Virus record (IMG/VR): IMGVR_UViG_3300042464_000625 | Location: 1 to 30,747 of that record | Strand: one strand, 5' to 3' | Length of the DNA: 30,747 nt | DNA from: a virus | Lineage: Duplodnaviria; Caudoviricetes | Shown: positions 1-5,108 of the stretch, piece by piece | Numbering within the stretch: position 1 is the stretch's first letter | Layout of the letters: each line of letters begins with the position of its first letter | The notes under the pieces: model-generated | Databases searched by the model: none | What the model saw: the letters and a program-made list of their open reading frames with translations, nothing else | What the model was told of the DNA's origin: nothing | Program-made: the position numbers and the translations under genes

Positions 1-162
1 GAAGGCCTCAGATGCGGTCAAACGGCGCTCGACCCACACGATTTTGACCAGCAGGAGACGGCATGGCTCCAGTTCCGGGTATTCAACAAGGGTGTATCCC
101 ACCCCGTGGCTAAACAGGGTGTCGAACACGGAACCGATGCACAAGGGTTTAGTGGTTGCCAT
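1..162 (-). CDS. Hypothetical protein, partial (runs off window start)
   Basis: ATG at 162 overlaps the end of the upstream gene. Frame is open to position 1: MATTKPLCIGSVFDTLFSHGVGYTLVEYPELEPCRLLLVKIVWVERRLTASEAF. Confidence 0.45.
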   Translation of the reverse strand, partial: MATTKPLCIGSVFDTLFSHGVGYTLVEYPELEPCRLLLVKIVWVERRLTASEAF

Positions 163-490
163 TTGGCGTTGTTGTTTGGGTAAGGAAAATCTGCCGCTCG
201 GGATACGGCAGGTGCGGGTGCGGCCTGGTGTCTACCAGCCGGAACGGGCTGTTTCTGGTTTTGCCGGGGCCCAGGTTGACGGCCCGACCCGACAGCAGAA
301 ATACGGATCGCTGGACGGCATGTAACCCCATGCCTGATGCGGCCATCAGCTCCCGGTAGGTGTCCCGACCAGCTGCGACCCAAAGCAGCACCTCGACGTC
401 TCGAGACTTCAGGTTGTGCCCTGCCGCCTTGGCTACCTCTCTCATGGCCCTGAACCTGGCGGCCAGGGCGGCGCATTCAGCGGCGTCCAT
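149..490 (-). CDS. Winged helix-turn-helix (MarR-like) DNA-binding protein
   Basis: 113 aa. LKSRDVEVLLWVAAGRDTYRELMAASGMGLHAVQRSVFLL fits a wHTH, followed by a wing with LV...PHP....RQIFLT. MarR-like regulators occur in early regions of cyanopodoviruses. Confidence 0.6.
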   Translation of the reverse strand: MDAAECAALAARFRAMREVAKAAGHNLKSRDVEVLLWVAAGRDTYRELMAASGMGLHAVQRSVFLLSGRAVNLGPGKTRNSPFRLVDTRPHPHLPYPERQIFLTQTTTPNGNH

Positions 491-665
491 GGCGCTGCGC
501 CTCCTCGTAGAGGAATGCCCCCACGTAATCGCGCACGCGGGGCTTGCCCTTGGCCCTGGGGTATCGGGTCGGCCGGGCCGGTGGCTTCGGGTGCAACCTG
601 CCGGCCAGGGCGCAGGGCCCCAGCAGCAGGGTCAGCAGCAGCAGGGCCGTGGCGGTTGCGTTCAT
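477..665 (-). CDS. Small membrane-anchored or exported hypothetical protein
   Basis: 62 aa with hydrophobic N-terminus (ALLLLTLLLGPCALA) and basic tail. Tightly packed between neighbouring genes. Confidence 0.55.
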   Translation of the reverse strand: MNATATALLLLTLLLGPCALAGRLHPKPPARPTRYPRAKGKPRVRDYVGAFLYEEAQRHGRR

Positions 666-666
666 G

Positions 667-882
667 TCAATCCTTGATCATTTCCATGCAGCAGCCCAAA
701 GAACCCATCTTGTTTTGTTCTTGGCTGAAGGTAATAGTCCTTGAGCGTTTCCCGTTTTCTGATATGTAGTCGTATCCCATCCAGTTGCCTCCACTGACAT
801 CTTTGTCAGATGCACGGGTTCGCCTCCATCCATCTGCCAGGGCTTCAGCGACGGTGGCGTAATGAGTGCGTTCGTTGTCCAT
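667..882 (-). CDS. Hypothetical early protein (71 aa, MDNERTHY...)
   Basis: Start placed at ATG 882, 9 nt downstream of the repeated leader core. The longer 948 start runs through the leader hairpins. Confidence 0.65.
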   Translation of the reverse strand: MDNERTHYATVAEALADGWRRTRASDKDVSGGNWMGYDYISENGKRSRTITFSQEQNKMGSLGCCMEMIKD

Positions 883-891
883 GGTGTCGTT

Positions 892-949
892 TGTCGGGTG
901 AGTAGCAGCAGAGCGCTGCAGGGTGGCCGAGGGTTGCCCCAGGGCCACC
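892..949 (-). repeat. Repeated gene-leader element, copy 1 (hairpin A - hairpin B - TCACCCGACA)
   Basis: Core 892-901; hairpin B GCAGC-5nt-GCTGC 905-919; hairpin A GGTGGCC...GGCCACC 922-949. Confidence 0.85.
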
Positions 950-958
950 GGGCAGGGT

Positions 959-1438
959 TCAGGCGGCTAGTTGTTGGGGTCCGCGGGCTTTACTTCTGAA
1001 CTCCTGGACGCCGTATTTTGCGGCCAGTTCGTCCAGGCTGCCAGGATTGGCACGGGATCGGCCCAGATCCGCTGGCTTCCAGTACCAGCAGCCACGGCCT
1101 GAATGCCACCTGCAACCCTTGGCCTTTAGCAGTTCCTTCTGGGGCTTGGTGTTACCGCGAATCCAGATCCAGAGGCCTATTAAGTCGATCGTCAAACCTG
1201 GCAAGGTGAGTAGTTCGCTTATCTTATCCATGATCTGTTGCTCCCGTTCTGAGTTATAGGTATATTTTCTGCCGTCGCATTCTTGACCGTTGTTACCTTT
1301 CAAGGCTTTGTGGTATTGGGCATTAATGGCCTTCATTGTTTCCAGGCATCCACCTAAATCTGGGTGATGCTGCCGAGCGAGTTCCCGGTAACGGGATTTA
1401 ATCTCGATCACGTCTACGAGCCCGTAGAAATAATTCAT
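959..1438 (-). CDS. J-domain (DnaJ-like) protein
   Basis: 159 aa from ATG 1438. IKSRYRELARQHHPDLGG...MKAINAQY is a J-domain with HPD motif, followed by a Trp-rich domain (WIWIRGNT..KELLKAKGCRW...CWYW). Confidence 0.85.
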   Translation of the reverse strand: MNYFYGLVDVIEIKSRYRELARQHHPDLGGCLETMKAINAQYHKALKGNNGQECDGRKYTYNSEREQQIMDKISELLTLPGLTIDLIGLWIWIRGNTKPQKELLKAKGCRWHSGRGCWYWKPADLGRSRANPGSLDELAAKYGVQEFRSKARGPQQLAA

Positions 1439-1449
1439 TGTCGTCAGGG

Positions 1450-1498
1450 TGTCGGGTGAATAGCTGCCAGAGGGCAGCAGAGGGCCCGGTGTGGGCCC
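1450..1498 (-). repeat. Repeated gene-leader element, copy 2
   Basis: Core 1450-1459; hairpin B GCTGCC-4nt-GGCAGC 1463-1478; hairpin A GGGCCC-5nt-GGGCCC 1482-1498. Confidence 0.9.
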
Positions 1499-1508
1499 AG
1501 TGCTGGCT

Positions 1509-1820
1509 TCAGGTGGTAGCCGTGGGCTGGCCCAGTGGCTCCAGGCGATCAACCACAACCGCCAGATTCTCCGATTGCTTCAAGTTGGCAAAGGTGCCGA
1601 TGATGCCAATTAGGTGGCCTTGCTTTACGTGATCAGCGGCAATCTGCGCTTGTTTACCCCATAGTTCAAGGTCAAACAACCTAGGGCCCGTAAACTCAGG
1701 GCCCCATTTGATGCCCATAGTCAATGTTGCGCGAATAGCGCCGGACTCGTAGTAGGTGACAGCGGGGTCAGCGGTGGCGCGGCCAACAAGAGTGACCGAT
1801 TGGAGTGATTTAGCAGGCAT
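1509..1820 (-). CDS. ssb: Single-stranded DNA-binding protein, bacterial (cyanobacterial-like) OB fold, no acidic tail
   Basis: 103 aa. SVTLVGRATADPAVTYYESG...FDLELWGKQAQIAADHVKQGHLIGIIG...VDRLEPLG closely follows picocyanobacterial SSB as I recall it. Confidence 0.9.
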   Translation of the reverse strand: MPAKSLQSVTLVGRATADPAVTYYESGAIRATLTMGIKWGPEFTGPRLFDLELWGKQAQIAADHVKQGHLIGIIGTFANLKQSENLAVVVDRLEPLGQPTATT

Positions 1821-1831
1821 TGCCGTCAATG

Positions 1832-1890
1832 TGTCGGGTGATTGGCTGCTGAGGGCAGCAGGGGCCCAAGGGTGGGCCCGTGATGCCGTC
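1832..1890 (-). repeat. Repeated gene-leader element, copy 3
   Basis: Core 1832-1841; hairpin B 1845-1859; hairpin A 1862-1879. 1833-1890 matches 2671-2728 at 54/58 nt. Confidence 0.95.
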
Positions 1891-2272
1891 AGACCCAGGT
1901 TTCTTCGCTGAACCGATATGGGCGAACAGAAGGGCCCCATAGCTCAACCCACCTAATCAGCGCTTCATTCCTGCCGGTGTCCCTGTTGCGCACCACCAGC
2001 GCTAGGCCTACCTCGTTCATAGCGACAAGGTGCATAACGGCCGCCATTGCTGCGCTATGCCTGTTGGTGGAGCTGGCGATCATTTGGACCGGGCCAAATA
2101 GCGCCTGGCGCCAGGTGCTCACCGGCTGGCCAGAGATCCAGAACACGCCATAGGAGGCGTTTAGCCCGTTGATTGGCCCCGCGTAGTCAATCGGCTCTGC
2201 ATCGTCTGCGGCGGTGACGCCATGGGCCAGGCTGGTTACCTCGTGGGCGGGAACGGCGATAAGTCGGTTCAC
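1889..2272 (-). CDS. Hypothetical early protein (127 aa)
   Basis: GTG at 2272 lies 11 nt downstream of leader core copy 4 and overlaps the upstream stop (GTGA). Confidence 0.6.
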   Translation of the reverse strand: MNRLIAVPAHEVTSLAHGVTAADDAEPIDYAGPINGLNASYGVFWISGQPVSTWRQALFGPVQMIASSTNRHSAAMAAVMHLVAMNEVGLALVVRNRDTGRNEALIRWVELWGPSVRPYRFSEETWV

Positions 2273-2460
2273 GGTTGGTTGGGTGTCGGGTGAGTATTGA
2301 ACAAGGGGCCAAGCACGCTCCCATCGAGCGCTAGGTACCCCTGGGCAGGCTTGGCGTCGATCGTTTGCGGGCCCCACTCCTGCGAGGGGCCAGGGAGGCC
2401 AGGGAGTGGATCCATCCGGTATCTGGCGGGCTTGGGTGCCCGTGGGATGCGGCCTGTCAT
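2269..2460 (-). CDS. Small Pro-rich hypothetical protein (63 aa)
   Basis: ATG 2460 starts 4 nt after the stop of 2465..2659 and ends in a GTGA overlap with the next gene, exactly filling the gap. Confidence 0.45.
   Translation of the reverse strand: MTGRIPRAPKPARYRMDPLPGLPGPSQEWGPQTIDAKPAQGYLALDGSVLGPLFNTHPTPNQP
2284..2293 (-). repeat. Repeated gene-leader core, copy 4 (core only)
   Basis: Exact TCACCCGACA. Twin hairpin absent; a different stem CGCTC-5nt-GAGCG lies at 2316-2330. Confidence 0.8.
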
Positions 2461-2464
2461 GGCC

Positions 2465-2659
2465 TCAGGCCTGCCCATCGGGGCTGCCGTCTGCTGCGGT
2501 AACGGCAAATTGGTGATCCGGGTAGGTTTTGGCCAGAGCAGCGGCGCGGGTGAGCAACTGCGAGCGGTTGGCGTCTGTGTGTTGGTGGTGCCAGCGCCGC
2601 CAGCCGTCAGATGGGCAGCCGCTTAGTTCAGGGGAGCGGCACCAGAGAGACCAGAGCAT
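2465..2659 (-). CDS. Hypothetical early protein (64 aa)
   Basis: ATG 10 nt downstream of leader core copy 5. Confidence 0.6.
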   Translation of the reverse strand: MLWSLWCRSPELSGCPSDGWRRWHHQHTDANRSQLLTRAAALAKTYPDHQFAVTAADGSPDGQA

Positions 2660-2669
2660 GGTGTTGTCC

Positions 2670-2728
2670 TGTCGGGTGAATAGCTGCTGAGGGCAGCAGG
2701 GGCCCGAAGGTGGGCCCGTGATGCCGTC
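2670..2728 (-). repeat. Repeated gene-leader element, copy 5
   Basis: Core 2670-2679; hairpin B 2683-2697; hairpin A 2700-2717. Confidence 0.95.
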
Positions 2729-2739
2729 TGGTGGTGGTG

Positions 2740-3093
2740 TCAGGCGACCCGTTGGCGACGGCTACGGCGTGCCACTGGCGCAGGTGCTGCTACGGCGTAA
2801 TTCAGGCCAAGATCGCGCGCGATCGCTTCGATCTCATCGGCAGCGGCCACCAGGTCCGCATCTGCAGCATCTGCAGCAGCACGCAGATCAGCGATCGCTA
2901 CCAGTGCCATTGATTCCATTGATTCCATTGATTCATCGGATGCCGTGGCCTTGCGTGGCAGCAGCCCATCCAGGCGAACCAGCACCAAGGCCAGCACCAC
3001 CATCCACGCCAGCCCTTTGGCCAGGGTGAATAGGGCAACCCACCCCAGCAAGAGCGCACGCTGGCCGGGTGTCGTTGTTGTCGTTGTTGTCAT
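2740..3093 (-). CDS. Membrane protein, first gene of the early cluster (117 aa)
   Basis: ATG 3093 is 7 nt downstream of leader core copy 6. Poly-Thr N-terminus, long hydrophobic stretch, Ala/Asp-rich helix and basic tail. Confidence 0.6.
   Translation of the reverse strand: MTTTTTTTPGQRALLLGWVALFTLAKGLAWMVVLALVLVRLDGLLPRKATASDESMESMESMALVAIADLRAAADAADADLVAAADEIEAIARDLGLNYAVAAPAPVARRSRRQRVA
2907..2933. repeat. In-frame 9-bp tandem repeat (CCATTGATT)x3
   Basis: Three exact copies encoding ESM-ESM-ESM in the minus-strand ORF. Confidence 0.9.
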
Positions 3094-3100
3094 CGGTCGG

Positions 3101-3134
3101 TGTCGGGTGAACACTGCAGCAGTGGAGTGCAGTG
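3101..3134 (-). repeat. Repeated gene-leader element, copy 6 (single hairpin + core)
   Basis: Core 3101-3110; adjacent stem CACTGCA-9nt-TGCAGTG 3112-3134. Confidence 0.8.
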
Positions 3135-3181
3135 CAGCCACTATGGCCTCCTGCTGTAGGGAAGCATGGAGATGGGATGGA

Positions 3182-3199
3182 TTCGTAACAATTCGTAAC
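3182..3199 (-). promoter_or_regulatory. HLR1-like (RpaB-type) direct repeat
   Basis: GTTACGAA-TT-GTTACGAA versus HLR1 consensus (G/T)TTACA(T/A)(T/A)-N2-repeat: 7/8 match in each half with correct spacing. Confidence 0.5.
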
Positions 3200-3207
3200 A
3201 ATAGGAA

Positions 3208-3227
3208 GGGAATGAGAACCATTATCA
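3208..3227. promoter_or_regulatory. Fur-box-like site
   Basis: GGGAATGAGAACCATTATC matches GATAATGATAATCATTATC at 15/19; the 7-1-7 core TGAGAAC-C-ATTATCA matches 12/14. Confidence 0.55.
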
Positions 3228-3954
3228 AGCCATTGGCCATAGCCGTAGCGCCGGCAGGCAGGCTCCCCAAGGCTGCAGCGGATGTTAAATCTACTGACAG
3301 CCCAGGCCACGACTGGCAGCAGGCAGGCAGGTCTGCCGCAGACGGCACCATCGGCTCCCAGGGCAATCAGCAGGGGGGCATGGGGGGCGCCAGCGGGTGC
3401 GTTTTGCGGTGCAACCCATCACAAAATGCGACCCAAAAATTCAGGGCCCTCATGGCGCCAAGGGATGCAGGGGTGTTGAGCAGGTTCGGTCTGGGCTCTA
3501 GGGCAAATGGTTGTCTCCCCTTCTGCGAAATGGATTCGAAGGGCTGATGAGCAGGGAACCCGGTGGGTGGTGGGTAGACGGTGCCCTGAGACCGGTTGGG
3601 AGGCGCAGCCGAGCACACCGGCGGTAGCCTCCCAACGCAGCAATGGCAACTCCCCAGCCCCTGACGATGGGCCTGCTGCCGACCGGAGGCCATGGCGATG
3701 ACCGGGGGTGTGGGGCAGGCCAAGCGGCTGGGGCTGGGGAGGAACGGATCGGGCTTGCGCCCGTCTTGTTTCTGGGTTCCTATACAAGAGATAAGAGTGG
3801 CGGCAAAACGGCCCAGTGGTTGCAATGGATGTGCTCCACCGTTGTACTGTATGACCTATAAAACGGGTAAGCAAACCCCTTCCCCCCACTGGGTCGCAAC
3901 CAGCAGGGGGAATTGAACGGGGCCCGCCGACCACCTTCCAGGACGGATCGACCT

Positions 3955-4326
3955 ATGCAGGCTACAGAGGGGACAGAGGACTTCCGCATGGTCCACAAGG
4001 AGGGACTGGAGAAGCTGGTTGAGGCCCTGGCTGCCAGGCGCCTGCGGCCTCGGGATATTGCGGTGTTCATGGCGGTCATGCCTCACGTCAACCTGCGGAC
4101 CGGTAAAGCGCACGTCGGGCCAGCTCGCCTGGCCCAGGACATGGGGGAGCATGCCTCCAATGTTTCGACCTCGCTGCGCAAGCTCCAGGTCGAGCTATGC
4201 CTGGTGCGATGCCGGGACAGGGACAACGGCGGCTACTGCCTGCTGCTCAACCCCTACATCTGCTCAATCGGCGGCCCCCAGAAGCGGGGATTCTTGTGGC
4301 AGCAGTTTCAAGAAGCGCTGGAGTAG
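3955..4326 (+). CDS. Winged HTH protein, RepL-like
   Basis: 123 aa. LRPRDIAVFMAVM...GPARLAQDMGEHASNVSTSLRKL...GGYCLLLNPY is an HTH plus wing ending in LNP. Confidence 0.65.
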   Translation: MQATEGTEDFRMVHKEGLEKLVEALAARRLRPRDIAVFMAVMPHVNLRTGKAHVGPARLAQDMGEHASNVSTSLRKLQVELCLVRCRDRDNGGYCLLLNPYICSIGGPQKRGFLWQQFQEALE

Positions 4327-4347
4327 GTAGGCTCAGGGAGTAATGCG

Positions 4348-4361
4348 CTCCAGGGTTGCAG
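4348..4361. promoter_or_regulatory. Palindromic start-associated motif (CTCCA-GGGT-TGCAG)
   Basis: Matches three other copies at start codons; last base is the G of GTG 4361. Confidence 0.4.
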
Positions 4362-4792
4362 TGGCTAGCTACGAGTCGATCAGTGTTGAGGAATTGGGCA
4401 GGCTGGGCCTGTCGAGCACTTTTGTCGAGGAGGGGGAGCTGACTGCCGCCAGGGCGCGGTATCAAGCCAAGGTCGGGGCCGATATGGCATCAATGGACGC
4501 CCAGGCCAAAGCCAACCACGAAACCCCCGCAAAGGCCTCTTTTGCGGTTAGCGAGGAAGAGTTTGCTGCCTTTATGGCGTGGAAGGCCAAGGCCAGCCAC
4601 GAAGGCGCGGTCGCCGCTGCTGTGTCTGACGCAGTGCTGTTTAACGAGCTGGACCCCCTGCTGAAGGCAGTCAGGGGCGACGAGGCCCCCCAGCCCACTC
4701 AGGATGCCCAGGAGCAGGCCCCGGAGGCTGAGGAGGCATCAGTGGACCCTGAGCCCGTTGCAGAGGCCAAGCAGGGGCGGGGGAGGCGGTGA
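4361..4792 (+). CDS. Hypothetical acidic, Ala-rich protein (alternative start ATG 4343)
   Basis: Open frame with protein-like composition; GTGA overlap with the next gene. Confidence 0.7.
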   Translation: MASYESISVEELGRLGLSSTFVEEGELTAARARYQAKVGADMASMDAQAKANHETPAKASFAVSEEEFAAFMAWKAKASHEGAVAAAVSDAVLFNELDPLLKAVRGDEAPQPTQDAQEQAPEAEEASVDPEPVAEAKQGRGRR

Positions 4793-5034
4793 GCTACGAC
4801 GAGCGCTACGAGGAGGCCGGCGCCCGGTTCTGGGGGGCGGCCAAGGCCCTGCTCAGCCTGAAAAGCATCGACCTGCTCAATGTCGCCACCGACGCCATGA
4901 AGCAGCAGGCCAAGGAGTTTGCCGAAGGCATCAATGGCCCCCACGTTGGCTGCATGTGCGAGCGCTGCATTGAACTGCGGGAGCAGATCGCAGCCCAGTC
5001 TGCCGATGCGCCTGACCCAACGGATGCCTGGTAA
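4789..5034 (+). CDS. Hypothetical protein (81 aa) with H-x-x-C-x-C-x-x-C cluster
   Basis: Translationally coupled to the upstream gene; HVGCMCERC may bind metal. Confidence 0.65.
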   Translation: MSYDERYEEAGARFWGAAKALLSLKSIDLLNVATDAMKQQAKEFAEGINGPHVGCMCERCIELREQIAAQSADAPDPTDAW

Positions 5035-5054
5035 GGTGGCAGAGTCAATCATCT

Positions 5055-5064
5055 TGTCGGGTGA
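5055..5064 (-). repeat. Repeated leader core, copy 7 (antisense to terL)
   Basis: Exact TGTCGGGTGA on the + strand in the gap upstream of terL. Confidence 0.75.
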
Positions 5065-5071
5065 AAGGCAG

Positions 5072-5107
5072 GCAAAGCCCCACGGCCCTGAAAGCCGGGG
5101 GTTTTGC
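5072..5107. terminator. Strong hairpin (terminator or attenuator-like) ending 1 nt before the probable terL start
   Basis: GCAAAGCCCC-A-CGGC-7nt-GCCG-GGGGTTTTGC: 14 bp stem with one bulge and one G-U pair. Confidence 0.6.
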
Positions 5108-5108
5108 T

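Larger units (their letters stand above)
3094..3954. other. Divergent non-coding control region, probable joined genome ends or terminal repeat region
   Basis: No credible ORF. G-tracts (~3374-3388, ~3704-3739), GGCA repeats, and imperfect inverted repeats (~3397-3435, ~3880-3912). Lies between the terminase block and early genes. Confidence 0.5.

Noticed and set aside
820-2615. Shared pentapeptide DGWRR in two small early proteins
   Set aside because: No similarity beyond five residues; likely chance.
2819-2898. Two HIP1 octamers (GCGATCGC)
   Set aside because: Only a couple noticed, inside a coding region; no enrichment across the window.
892-3110. Repeated leaders as a CRISPR array
   Set aside because: Repeat cores are 382-558 bp apart and separated by whole ORFs; repeats are heterogeneous; no cas genes.
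892-3110. Repeated leaders as integron attC sites
   Set aside because: No RYYYAAC/GTTRRRY ends, two short hairpins rather than one long imperfect palindrome, and no integron integrase in the window.
892-3110. Leader hairpins as intrinsic terminators or T7-type RNAP promoters
   Set aside because: No U-tract follows the stems on the coding strand. Conservation is structural and tied to start-codon distance, unlike a ~23-bp sequence-conserved phage promoter, though a promoter role is not fully excluded.
3185-3198. NtcA box (GTA-N8-TAC)
   Set aside because: Reads GTA-N8-TAA; better explained as a 10-bp direct repeat.
667-3366. Longer ORF-track starts (948, 1558, 1940, 2377, 3366)
   Set aside because: They run through leader hairpins or overlap upstream genes; recognisable domains (J-domain, SSB) begin at the downstream starts.
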